A DNA stretch of 64,000 bases from a virus, in the IMG/VR virus record IMGVR_UViG_3300048837_000398, positions 39,012 to 103,011 of that record. One strand, 5' to 3'. Under the pieces are notes generated by a model. It ran no database searches. It worked only from the letters and a program-made list of their open reading frames with translations, and was not told the origin of the DNA. The translations under genes were made by a program, and so were the position numbers. Of the stretch, positions 7,747 to 16,191 are shown piece by piece. Every line of letters starts with the position of its first letter. Positions within the stretch are counted from its first letter, which is position 1.

Positions 7747-7783
7747 AAATGCTACTACTTCTAATTTCTTTTACGTATCTTTG
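7747..7783 (+). promoter_or_regulatory. Bacteroidota primary-sigma promoter P2
   Basis: TATCTTTG at 7776-7783 with the same upstream elements as P1; 70 nt before the first rightward CDS. Confidence 0.75.
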
Positions 7784-7852
7784 AGGAGCGTTAAACGAAT
7801 ACGTACATTCTAAGTCTCTACGAAAAGCTCTCGTCTTCTTTCTCTACCTCTA

Positions 7853-8257
7853 ATGTCTCTAACGTTTCCTACACTTTCTCCTAAAGAGTTTATGACGCTG
7901 TTCCTCAGGACTCTCTCGTCTCTACGTAAAGAGAAGCTGTCTCCGCAAGAGTTAGACATGCTCGTGGCTTTCTCGCTTCTTCCTCACAAGTTTACGTCTT
8001 TTCCGTTCTCTACTGTCGGCAAGAAGAAAGTAGCTAAGCAGCTAAAGATTTCTAATCAGGCTCTTCATGCGCGCATCTATTCTCTTCTCAAGAAAGGGTA
8101 TCTACGTAAGGATGAAGATGGTGTAGTGCTGCTACCAGCGTTCATACATCAGACCCTTACCTCTTTCTTGAAAGGGTCGTACGCACTAAACATTTCGTTT
8201 ACTCTTGATAACTCAAAAGACTACTCGTCTCTTACACGAGACTTCCCAGCTGACTAG
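7853..8257 (+). CDS. winged HTH DNA-binding protein
   Basis: LSPQELDML...KKVAKQLKISNQALHARIYSLLKKGYL, a MarR-like pattern. Confidence 0.7.
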   Translation: MSLTFPTLSPKEFMTLFLRTLSSLRKEKLSPQELDMLVAFSLLPHKFTSFPFSTVGKKKVAKQLKISNQALHARIYSLLKKGYLRKDEDGVVLLPAFIHQTLTSFLKGSYALNISFTLDNSKDYSSLTRDFPAD

Positions 8258-8540
8258 CATTCCTTACCATATTATCGAACACGTGATTCACCACCAGTTC
8301 TTTTGGATTGCTACTCAGCTATCTCTTCCCACCTCTCCGCACTTCAAAGTCTACCGGCTAGGCTCGTTTCATCTGCCTAAGGCCGCGCTCATCCACAGAC
8401 TTCGAAAGTCGCTCCTCATACTTAAACGCAAAGCTTCCACTCCTTCTTACGAGGCTTTTATCAGAAAGTTCATCTCTACAACTTGACCACTTCGACATGA
8501 AGCAAAAAACTTTTCAGACACAGCCCAAATCCGCTATTGA
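8205..8540 (+). CDS. HU/IHF-like protein (TGA 8484 read through; end at 8540 or 8627)
   Basis: Two N-terminal helices followed by FKVYRLGSFHL, resembling the HU/IHF fold. True C-terminus uncertain. Confidence 0.5.
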
Positions 8541-8733
8541 TCCACTGCAACTCCAGCTGCTACAGCACAATGTGCACCTCGATACGCTAAAGGTACTTAC
8601 AAGCGTACTACAAGCATCTACGCCTAATACCCTTCTTCACGACACTACTTCTACTCTCATTCTTCAATTCTTAGAACCGTTCAAACATGGAAATAGCGAA
8701 CCTATCACTGATGGGGAATCGAGTGCTGATTAA
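8497..8733 (+). CDS. hypothetical protein
   Basis: 78-aa ORF. Confidence 0.5.
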   Translation: MKQKTFQTQPKSAIDPLQLQLLQHNVHLDTLKVLTSVLQASTPNTLLHDTTSTLILQFLEPFKHGNSEPITDGESSAD

Positions 8734-9064
8734 GCTCGACGAACACCCAGATCACACCGTCACTTCTACAGGTATAATTGTGCCTGACTTCACTCCGTCC
8801 TACACTGACTCAGGTCGACCAAAAGACGAGCTCTCTAAGCTTAAGCACCTTTTTAAGGGTACTGTCCTCGCTCTCTCGCCCATCGCCGCCCAGAAGCTCG
8901 CTGAAGAGTCTACGCCTCTGTCACCTTCCGACAGAGTCTACATTTCACAACAAGCTTTCTCAGACTCGTACCAGTTTTTTCTGAATCGTGATGCTATCAC
9001 TCTTCCTTTCGAAGGTCTCATCGCAATACCTCACTCTCTAATCGAAGCTAAAATCAATGGCTAA
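8687..9064 (+). CDS. groES: co-chaperonin GroES-like protein
   Basis: LMGNRVLIK...TSTGIIVP...GTVLA...DRVY, matching the Cpn10 pattern with an extended mobile loop. Confidence 0.75.
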   Translation: MEIANLSLMGNRVLIKLDEHPDHTVTSTGIIVPDFTPSYTDSGRPKDELSKLKHLFKGTVLALSPIAAQKLAEESTPLSPSDRVYISQQAFSDSYQFFLNRDAITLPFEGLIAIPHSLIEAKING

Positions 9065-9398
9065 AACTATCACTTCACTCACTAAGGAACTCTCGACAGC
9101 TCAAAAAGAGCTTTCCACCCTTTCTCTTCAGATCTCTACTCTCTCTACTGAGAAAGAGCAACTCACCGCCGTACTCCAAGAACGTCAGCGTTTGCTCGAG
9201 TACGTAGCATCTATTCTTCTCGAGATTCAGACTAACCTCGAAAAGTATCCAGCTCTCTTAAACATTCCGTCTAAAATCAAGATCTTCTGGGTAATCTCTA
9301 ATCTTGGCTCAATCATTTCTTTCCTTACTTTCCTCATTTCCAAGATCAAAGAGTTCGCAACAAACATCAAGTTTAATAAGGATGCTCCTGCTCAATAA
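9057..9398 (+). CDS. coiled-coil protein with C-terminal hydrophobic helix
   Basis: Heptad repeats followed by IFWVISNLGSIISFLTFLI. Confidence 0.6.
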   Translation: MAKTITSLTKELSTAQKELSTLSLQISTLSTEKEQLTAVLQERQRLLEYVASILLEIQTNLEKYPALLNIPSKIKIFWVISNLGSIISFLTFLISKIKEFATNIKFNKDAPAQ

Positions 9399-9876
9399 CT
9401 TTGATCCGTCACAAGACTTTTGGCTCTCTAATCCGCAAGCTCAAATCATCTTCGCTGACTACGTCAACACTCCTTCGTCACACATGTGGGCGGCTCTGCT
9501 CTATGCTCATCCAGAGTCAAAGCTGTTTAACGAGTCGCCCACGTCTCGACGTCTACTCATCATCGAAGACTATTTAAAAGACCCCTCTTTCGATTGAGAC
9601 TCTCTTCTTCCACTCATCGAAGCTATCAAAAGGCTAGCTCTTTCTAAGCCTCAACAGCTTCTTCTCAACTGGGAGAAGCGTATGTACGAACGAGAAGCTT
9701 TCATGGATTCGACCTCCTACTCTCAAGAGACGTATCAGATGAAAGAGCAGATGGCTAAGGAGACTCCTAAGATGTGGCAATCTTTTTTCCAGATACAAGA
9801 TCTCCTCTCGAAAGAGAAGGCGTCCGTCACTGAAGGAGATATCGAAGAATCGCTCTCTGAAAAAGGCTTAATCTAA
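9382..9876 (+). CDS. hypothetical protein (164 aa; TGA 9595 = Trp), possible small terminase subunit
   Basis: Track ORFs 9304-9597 and 9682-9876 are in one frame, joined as DPSFD-W-DSLL. The TerS role is a guess. Confidence 0.65.
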
Positions 9877-9881
9877 CGCAC

Positions 9882-10028
9882 ATGAAACGTCACTATTCTT
9901 CGAAACTAGACAAAGATGAAGCTCTAGCTTCGTACTCTCCACCACCCTTACCAAAGTCTCCGACTCCTCCAGCAAAAGATTCTTCTCCTACACTTTGGCA
10001 AAAGCTAAAAAGGGTCGTATCTTTATAA
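9882..10028 (+). CDS. 48-aa Pro-rich protein
   Basis: MKRHYSSKLD...PPPLPKSPTPP...TLWQKLKRVVSL*. Confidence 0.45.
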   Translation: MKRHYSSKLDKDEALASYSPPPLPKSPTPPAKDSSPTLWQKLKRVVSL

Positions 10029-10036
10029 CATCAACC

Positions 10037-10268
10037 GGGGATGAACCAGGCTCGACTAGTTAGCTAGTATCTTTTAATCGACAATTACCACTTCACTCTT
10101 GGCCTCGACATAGATCAAGATCTGCTTCTCTCTGTAGCGGATGAAACAACAGAGACAGTACCGTCCACATTACAAGAAGTTTTAGTTTAATCACCACTCA
10201 CACGCTTACCCACACGCTAGTAAACTAGCCTACTAACTAGGACGCGGGGGCAGTGCCCGCCATCTCCA
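10037..10268 (+). ncRNA. ssrA: tmRNA (compact, 232 nt)
   Basis: GGGGATG/CATCTCC-A acceptor with G3:U70; 5' GG..CGAC motif; helix 2 CTAGTTAG/CTAACTAG; T-arm GCGGG-GGCAGTG-CCCGC; tag frame 10080-10190. Confidence 0.88.
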
Positions 10269-10803
10269 AGCGCCTATGCGAATTAAAGAAAAAGTTTGTT
10301 CTAATTGTCTTCAAACTTTCAAACCAACGTCGCGGCATCGACTCTGTCCTAAATGCAGAAACTCTCTCTGCAGGAAGGAATGCCAAAATTGCGGACGACC
10401 TATTCAGTGTAAGTCAAAATATTGCGTACTATGTTCTAACAAATTAGAGCCGCGCAATACTTCACCACTAAAGATCAGAGCCGCAAACCACGCTTTGAAT
10501 AAAGCCCGTTCTCGTCACCACGTAGTAGACATAACTGCTGACTATCTAATAGAATTATTAGAACACCAACAGTCTAGGTGTGCTTATACAGGTTTACCGA
10601 TGTACTTACCTACATCTACTAAGTCTTGTGAAGATAAACGGTTATGCGCATCTTTGGACCGAATCGACTCCACCCTACCATACACAAAAGGTAACGTACA
10701 ATGAGTAGTCGTACCAATTAATCTAATGAAAAATACTATGTCTGACCAAGACACTCGTGAATTTATTTCGTGGCTCAAGAATTCTTAGTGCCCGCCATCT
10801 CCA
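10252..10803 (+). repeat. 17-bp direct repeat AGTGCCCGCCATCTCCA flanking the HNH gene
   Basis: Exact copies at 10252-10268 and 10787-10803; only the second is followed by CCA. Confidence 0.95.
10276..10788 (+). CDS. HNH-type endonuclease with N-terminal CxxC zinc ribbons (170 aa; TGA 10702 = Trp)
   Basis: Four CxxC pairs, then CAYTG...SLDRIDS...YTKGNVQ-W-VVVPINLMK. Confidence 0.8.
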
Positions 10804-10805
10804 CC

Positions 10806-11012
10806 ATGACACGACTCGACGCAAATCTCGCAATTATCGACATCATCGCTTCTTACGCTAAGGCCTATCCGACTCTCAGATTCGGACAGATCCTTACTAA
10901 TCTTGACGTAGCGACACATCGCACATCTGACCACGGCTACCTCGACATTTTCAACGAAGAGCCTCAGTCAACACTTCAAAGAGTTACTGATAGTTTGCCG
11001 AGGATTGACTAG
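10806..11012 (+). CDS. small phage protein (P.LRFGQ motif)
   Basis: MTRLDANLAII...YPTLRFGQIL; the ATG overlaps the CCA of the displaced tmRNA end. Confidence 0.65.
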   Translation: MTRLDANLAIIDIIASYAKAYPTLRFGQILTNLDVATHRTSDHGYLDIFNEEPQSTLQRVTDSLPRID

Positions 11013-11013
11013 T

Positions 11014-11101
11014 GATCGCCTCGAACGCCCGTCCAAGGGACGCTGCCTATCCTAGGCTCACGTTTAAACGAACTAAGGATGACGCTAGGAAAGACTAGAT
11101 C
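11014..11101 (+). ncRNA. candidate small structured RNA
   Basis: CGTCC-AAG-GGACG, ATCCT...AGGAT and CTAG-GAAAGA-CTAG hairpins, enclosed by GATC...GATC. Confidence 0.35.
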
Positions 11102-11104
11102 TAC

Positions 11105-11187
11105 GGAGAGATGGCAGAGCGGTTTAATGCACTAGTCTTGAAAACTAGCGGTCTCACGATCCCCGAGTTCGAATCTCGGTCTCTCCG
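11105..11187 (+). tRNA. tRNA-Ser (anticodon TGA, reads TCA)
   Basis: GGAGAGA/TCTCTCC-G acceptor; CTAGT-CTTGAAA-ACTAG anticodon arm; variable arm; CCGAG-TTCGAAT-CTCGG T-arm. Confidence 0.93.
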
Positions 11188-11246
11188 CATCACCTGTGTT
11201 GGTGCTAAACAGTGTGGTTTAAGTTGTAAAAACTTACCACACACCT

Positions 11247-11332
11247 ACTCTAGTGGCGGAATCGGTAGACGCTATACTAAGCAGCTGAAGCTAGGCAATT
11301 CAGCAGTACAGGTTCGAACCCTGTCTAGAGCA
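11247..11332 (+). ncRNA. tRNA-Leu-like RNA with aberrant anticodon arm
   Basis: CTCTAG/CTAGAG acceptor; Leu-type D arm TGGCGGAATCGGTAGACGC; perfect T-arm ACAGG-TTCGAAC-CCTGT. The middle is 11 unpaired nt plus GCTGAA-9nt-TTCAGC. Confidence 0.7.
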
Positions 11333-11345
11333 CCCTCTCGAGGTA

Positions 11346-11424
11346 TAGTATGTGGTGTACGATGCACGTTCGAATATCCGCGCGGTCACTTCGGAAAGAG
11401 TAAGTTTAATTCTTATCATACTAA
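11346..11424 (+). ncRNA. tRNA-like RNA with 15-nt anticodon loop
   Basis: TAGTATG/CATACTA-A acceptor; GTGT/GCAC D stem; TTCGAA-15nt-TTCGGA; GTAAG-TTTAATT-CTTAT T-arm. Confidence 0.55.
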
Positions 11425-11426
11425 CT

Positions 11427-11636
11427 ATGGATAAAATATACCAATTCTTAGGTGAGTTTGATTCTTCTAAATTAGAAGAGCTTACCGTTCAAGATCCTGA
11501 TTGGGTTCTTGCACACTTTAAACATGACAATTGGGGTACTCTAACATCTAGAGAACACTATGAGCAATCTAAAAGATTAGATAAAGAGTTCAAAGAGTTA
11601 GAGGCTTCCCTAACATTCGGAAAGAAACCCACTTAA
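11427..11636 (+). CDS. hypothetical protein
   Basis: MDKIYQFLG...; start moved to ATG 11427, downstream of the tRNA-like RNA. Confidence 0.6.
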   Translation: MDKIYQFLGEFDSSKLEELTVQDPDWVLAHFKHDNWGTLTSREHYEQSKRLDKEFKELEASLTFGKKPT

Positions 11637-11637
11637 T

Positions 11638-11877
11638 ATGAAACACGTAGAATACCTTACTAAGGCAGAATTTTTAGAGCGTTTTGGTCATCTTTTGTCC
11701 GACGAAGAACTTAAGCCTCTAAACTTGAATCCAGAAGATTTAGACCCTTACAGAATACACTTTATTCCTAAGACTGAGCTAGAACTTCGTCTTAAGAAGT
11801 ACCCACGAGTTCCTGCTGAATGTTACGACAGCCCTCACACACTAGAAAATGAAGACTTACAAAGTAAAAGTACGTAA
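11638..11877 (+). CDS. hypothetical protein
   Basis: 79-aa ORF. Confidence 0.6.
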   Translation: MKHVEYLTKAEFLERFGHLLSDEELKPLNLNPEDLDPYRIHFIPKTELELRLKKYPRVPAECYDSPHTLENEDLQSKST

Positions 11878-12103
11878 GGGTTACTTAGGTGACTTTGCCC
11901 GCGAATGGTGGACTGATGAAGACCACGTTACATGGGATAAACATGTGGAGCAGTTAAAAGCTGACGGTACTTTTGGCGAAGAATCTACAGTAGAAATCTC
12001 TCTAATACATAATCCTAAACTTGACGCTTGTCAACTATACTCTCCACTTCAAAGTGCTCGATTTGATTTTCTAGATTTTTCTAAACCACTACCTAATGAA
12101 TAA
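11849..12103 (+). CDS. hypothetical protein
   Basis: 84-aa ORF. Confidence 0.6.
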   Translation: MKTYKVKVRKGYLGDFAREWWTDEDHVTWDKHVEQLKADGTFGEESTVEISLIHNPKLDACQLYSPLQSARFDFLDFSKPLPNE

Positions 12104-12470
12104 AGATCTGATAGTTCAACAAGTAATCAATAAGTTTGAAACTCGTTCAGCATTAGGAATCGCTAAGTACGGCACTACGCTACACGACAATAATACAGAT
12201 GATTTCCTTACCCATCTTCAGGAAGAACTGATGGACGCTACCCTTTATGTTGAGAAATTACGTCAGTCCCCCAAACAGCTTTTCATAAAGAACACGCTCG
12301 TCAAAGATTCGGAGGGAATAGTCCTTAGATGTATTGTCGCTGATCGTGAAACAGCTATCTTTGCTCCATATTCAGAGAATCCACAAGATGGTTCTTTCTA
12401 CACTAATTATTCTGAGCTTTCAGCGTACTTTAACGATCCTTCTATACCTAACGATCTAATAATTATCTAG
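12096..12470 (+). CDS. MazG-like all-alpha NTP pyrophosphohydrolase domain protein
   Basis: R...G..KYGTTL...L.HLQEELMDATLY motif. Confidence 0.65.
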   Translation: MNKDLIVQQVINKFETRSALGIAKYGTTLHDNNTDDFLTHLQEELMDATLYVEKLRQSPKQLFIKNTLVKDSEGIVLRCIVADRETAIFAPYSENPQDGSFYTNYSELSAYFNDPSIPNDLIII

Positions 12471-12471
12471 C

Positions 12472-12834
12472 ATGGAACAACCACTACTTACACCGCTAAC
12501 ACTTGAGGTTAGCATCACTAATAAGCATGGCGATAAGATTCGTCACTATTACGAAGAAATGACTGATTCTAATGGCCACCCCATTGAGCTTCAGATAATG
12601 AATAATTTAGACTACATTTGTGAGTCCATAGCTCACTGGCTAAAATTAGATCGCATAGAATTCGAAACGCGCATTCCACCTAATGATAACGACGAGTACG
12701 TCGTCAACTACAAGAACGAAGACAGAAAGTTCCCTACAGAAACGGTTGTTTTTGCAGACAATCTTACTAACATTAGAGCTGGCATTATCAAAGGCACACC
12801 TTCTATCACAATTCGAAAAAGTTATGCTACGTAG
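12472..12834 (+). CDS. hypothetical protein
   Basis: 120-aa ORF. Confidence 0.6.
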   Translation: MEQPLLTPLTLEVSITNKHGDKIRHYYEEMTDSNGHPIELQIMNNLDYICESIAHWLKLDRIEFETRIPPNDNDEYVVNYKNEDRKFPTETVVFADNLTNIRAGIIKGTPSITIRKSYAT

Positions 12835-12856
12835 ATTTTCACAAGCTTAATTACTC

Positions 12857-12952
12857 GGGGGTGCTTCACTGTTGCAGAACAGGACTAGTCTTCAAAACTA
12901 GACGACTGGGGTCCAAACTCAGTTTATTCGGGTGCAAGTCCTGACACCCTCG
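12857..12952 (+). tRNA. opal-decoding tRNA (anticodon TCA), atypical long-variable-arm body
   Basis: GGGGGTG/CACCCTC-G; D hairpin CTGTT-GCAG-AACAG; CTAGT-CTTCAAA-ACTAG (anticodon 12892-12894); variable arm ACTGGG-7nt-CTCAGT; T-arm TCGGG-TGCAAGT-CCTGA. Confidence 0.88.
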
Positions 12953-12967
12953 CAAAATTCAACAACT

Positions 12968-13210
12968 ATGAACTGTCTAGAATTCGCTCTTAACGAGTGG
13001 CAGAATAATCCTAACGTCATTATTCTTTACGATGCAGACCACGTAGTATGTATTACAGACAAGTGCTACGACCAAAACGGGCCTTGCGCATACTTCTTAG
13101 ATCCTACGAAATATCTTCCACTTAAAGAATATGGTCTAAGACATCTACTCAGCTCTTTCGACTTAACTACACACTATTCGAACATTTTAAAAGCTTACCT
13201 AAATCAATAA
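12968..13210 (+). CDS. hypothetical protein
   Basis: MNCLEFALNEW...; start moved downstream of the tRNA. Confidence 0.6.
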   Translation: MNCLEFALNEWQNNPNVIILYDADHVVCITDKCYDQNGPCAYFLDPTKYLPLKEYGLRHLLSSFDLTTHYSNILKAYLNQ

Positions 13211-13215
13211 TCACT

Positions 13216-13404
13216 ATGTCACACATGCTAATGGAATCTTCAGCCTCTCCTTGTCCTTGTGAAGAACGCGCTTCAACCGAACTTACTCGCTACACGATTC
13301 GTTTCTCTACTCAAGAGCCCGTTAACTTAACGACAATCCAACATCTAGTAGACACAGCTTTTCCTAACGCTCGCATAGATGCTCTCGAAATCAACCGATG
13401 GTAA
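13216..13404 (+). CDS. hypothetical protein
   Basis: 62-aa ORF. Confidence 0.45.
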   Translation: MSHMLMESSASPCPCEERASTELTRYTIRFSTQEPVNLTTIQHLVDTAFPNARIDALEINRW

Positions 13405-13649
13405 CAGCCAACCTATCGTTTCTAGACAACGAAGTACTGCTCTATCACTCGACACTCCAACTAGAGAGTGTGAAAGATGTCGACAAAGCGCTAGACGCAG
13501 AGCTCTCAAACTTAAAGATGGCGATATTCGCTCACATCTACAAAAACCGTCCTTCAGAGTGGCACGAACCAACGCCGCTTCCTAACACAAACTTACTCAA
13601 TGACAAAGAAAGTTATTACAGGCCCATCACTCCAGACGTCACTACTTAA
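13398..13649 (+). CDS. hypothetical protein
   Basis: 83-aa ORF overlapping the groEL start. Confidence 0.5.
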   Translation: MVTANLSFLDNEVLLYHSTLQLESVKDVDKALDAELSNLKMAIFAHIYKNRPSEWHEPTPLPNTNLLNDKESYYRPITPDVTT

Positions 13650-16191
13650 TGGCGTAAATACTATTGCTAATGCAGTAGGATCAACTCTTGGCCCACTAGG
13701 CCGTAACGTAGTTATCGAAACTCCGTATGGCGCAACAACTGTTACTAAAGATGGTGTTACAGTTGCTCAACAAATTACTCTCGAAGATCCTCTCGAGAAC
13801 TTAGCTGTTCAAATTATTAAGCAGGCATCAGAGCGCACAGCTTCTATAGCTGGCGACGGACCACAGCCCCTTTATTCGAAAGTTCTCACACCAACTGGGT
13901 GGACAACTCTAGGTGAACTAAAAGTTGGAGATACCATTTGTGGTACAAATGGTACTACACAAAAGGTCGTAGGCTTTTACCCTAAAGGACCCTTACCTTT
14001 ATATAAGGTTATTTTTTCGGACGGAAGAACAGTTGAATGTTCGGAAGACCACTTGTGGACCGTGACCACTAATTACGGAAAACAAAAAACTCTGCCTCTA
14101 AGTGAGCTTATAAATCAAGGTTTGTCGTTAATTAACGACGACGGCCACAATAAGTACAAGTTTTTTGTTCAAACTACTGAAGTAGAATTTGATGAAAAAC
14201 CCCTCCCCTTAGATCCTTACTTTCTAGGAGTATTGCTTGGAGATGGTTCCCTAAGTGGAAGTGGTGCAATTGAGCTCTCGTTAGGCCTCAAGAAGGCACA
14301 CATACTACAAAAGCTTCTTTTGCCAGAAGGCATGAGTTTTACGATCGCTTTAGATGAATCTAAAAATTATATTAGAGTTAGATTTCAAGGTGCTGATAAA
14401 AATGGGAAAAATCTAAAAGACATTCTTTTAGATTTAAATTTGCTCGGAACACATAGCGCTACAAAATTTATTCCGGACCTATACCTCTATTCGAGCTTAA
14501 AATCTCGCGAAGCCCTTTTACAGGGTCTCGTAGACACTGATGGCCATGTTAATCTTCGTGGCAAATTCGAGTTTAGTACTATAAGCGACCAACTATCTGC
14601 CAACTTTCAAGATTTGGTACGCTCACTGGGCATTCAGACGCACTACACAAAGTTAGACCGAACATATTCTGGCGGATATTCTGTAAACCCAGTCCATCGG
14701 ATAGTAGAATTAAAAGGGTACAAACACGGCATCAAAATAGTAGATGTTCAACCTCAAAACAGATTTGAGGAGATGGTCTGTATTAAAGTTTCAAACGATG
14801 ACCATTTGTACATCACAGATGAATATGTCGTCACACATAATACAACTACTGCAACAGTACTCGCGCAAAAGCTTTATTCCGAAGCACTTAAACTAGTTAA
14901 CTCGGGTGTCGCCCCTATCCACATCAAGAACGATTACGAAGCCTACTTAAAAGCTATCGCCCCTCTTATCGACGATAATACGCTCCAGATTACGACGCCT
15001 CAAGACACGTACCAGATCGCACTTATTTCTGCGAATAACGATCCGACTATTGCATCTCTTATTTCGACAGCTATCGAATACGTAGGCAAGGATGGCTCGA
15101 TTACACTCGAAGAGTCTAAGACTGGCGAGTCGTATGTAGAGCTAGTAGACGGTACTTCTTTCGAGCGCCCTTACGCTTCTCCGTACTTCGTCACTAATCC
15201 GCCTAAAGGGACAGCTGAACTCACCAATCCGCTCATCTTTATTACGGATAAGAAACTTCGCTACAATCAAGAGCTTCTTCCCGTACTCAACTTAGCAGCC
15301 GATAACTCACGTCCACTAGTTATTATTGCAGACGATATCGAAGGTCAAGCTCTTCAGACGCTCGTCATCAACAAGCTTCGCGGTACTATCGAGGTGCTAG
15401 CTATCAGAGCTCCTTCGTACGGTGAGAACCGTCTCGAAGTACTTAAAGACCTCGCAGCCCTCACTTCAGCGAACCTTATTACAGAGCTCTCTGGAACACG
15501 TATCGAAGATGTTAAGCTCACTGATTTAGGTGAAGCGGCTAAAGTGATTTCTTCGCGTCACCAAACTATCATTGTTGATGGTGTTCAAGATCCCACCCAA
15601 ATCGAAGCTCGTGCGAGTACAATCACACAGCTTCTCGCTCAACATCAGCCAGACTCATATTTCTATAAGCAGCTCTCTACTCGACTAGCTAAGCTCACTG
15701 CTAAGGTTGCAGTGCTCAATGTAGGAGCACCTACAGAAACCGAGCTTAAAGAGCGCAAAGCCCGTGTTGACGACGCACTTCGAGCTACTACAGCAGCTAT
15801 TAAAACTGGTTTCGTAGTTGGTGGCGGTACGCTTCTCGCTAAGCTCTCGACTACCCTCCCTAACGATCTTTCGTCTAAAGCCTTCGCACTAGCTCTTCAA
15901 GAACCTCTTCGTCGAATAGCTGAAAATGCTGGACAATCTCCGTCTCTCGTCCTTTCAAAAGTACTTGAGAACCCTTCGATTTCATTCGGTTATAACGCTT
16001 TAACTGACTCCTATACAGATCTTATCGAAGACAAGGTTATCGATCCTGCACTCGTAGTGAAGCAAGCGCTACTCTCCGCAGTTTCAGCAGCAAACATGCT
16101 CATCCTATCTTCGACTGCAGTCTACAATGTAGATCGCACTCCTCCTTATTCTCCAGGCTCTCTAAATGATTTTGAATCGCACGAATCCTAA
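13600..16191 (+). CDS. groEL: chaperonin GroEL with intein (536 aa after splicing)
   Basis: [22 protein letters not shown]|[34 protein letters not shown] and VIDP motifs. Confidence 0.96.
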   Translation: MTKKVITGPSLQTSLLNGVNTIANAVGSTLGPLGRNVVIETPYGATTVTKDGVTVAQQITLEDPLENLAVQIIKQASERTASIAGDGPQPLYSKVLTPTGWTTLGELKVGDTICGTNGTTQKVVGFYPKGPLPLYKVIFSDGRTVECSEDHLWTVTTNYGKQKTLPLSELINQGLSLINDDGHNKYKFFVQTTEVEFDEKPLPLDPYFLGVLLGDGSLSGSGAIELSLGLKKAHILQKLLLPEGMSFTIALDESKNYIRVRFQGADKNGKNLKDILLDLNLLGTHSATKFIPDLYLYSSLKSREALLQGLVDTDGHVNLRGKFEFSTISDQLSANFQDLVRSLGIQTHYTKLDRTYSGGYSVNPVHRIVELKGYKHGIKIVDVQPQNRFEEMVCIKVSNDDHLYITDEYVVTHNTTTATVLAQKLYSEALKLVNSGVAPIHIKNDYEAYLKAIAPLIDDNTLQITTPQDTYQIALISANNDPTIASLISTAIEYVGKDGSITLEESKTGESYVELVDGTSFERPYASPYFVTNPPKGTAELTNPLIFITDKKLRYNQELLPVLNLAADNSRPLVIIADDIEGQALQTLVINKLRGTIEVLAIRAPSYGENRLEVLKDLAALTSANLITELSGTRIEDVKLTDLGEAAKVISSRHQTIIVDGVQDPTQIEARASTITQLLAQHQPDSYFYKQLSTRLAKLTAKVAVLNVGAPTETELKERKARVDDALRATTAAIKTGFVVGGGTLLAKLSTTLPNDLSSKAFALALQEPLRRIAENAGQSPSLVLSKVLENPSISFGYNALTDSYTDLIEDKVIDPALVVKQALLSAVSAANMLILSSTAVYNVDRTPPYSPGSLNDFESHES
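13861..14841 (+). mobile_element. class 3 intein with LAGLIDADG endonuclease (327 aa)
   Basis: Starts [14 protein letters not shown] and ends VVTHN|T. WCT triad: DHLW, MVCIKV, THN. Endonuclease motifs LGVLLGDG and LQGLVDTDG. Confidence 0.92.

Noticed and set aside
10252-10806. Group I intron in the tmRNA T-loop, or a prophage att pair
   Set aside because: No P4/P7 core in the insert, the ends are direct repeats rather than splice junctions, and there is no integrase in the window.
11111-11434. 107-aa ORF
   Set aside because: Overlaps tRNA-Ser and two tRNA-like RNAs.
12857-12952. Selenocysteine system
   Set aside because: The TGAs lie in Trp-like rather than Cys-like contexts across about 20 sites, and no selA, selB or selD is present in the window. 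The Sec-like shape is kept as a finding.
12953-12990. HDV-like (theta) ribozyme after the suppressor tRNA
   Set aside because: An ORF starts 16 nt downstream, and I saw no nested pseudoknot there or after the other tRNAs.
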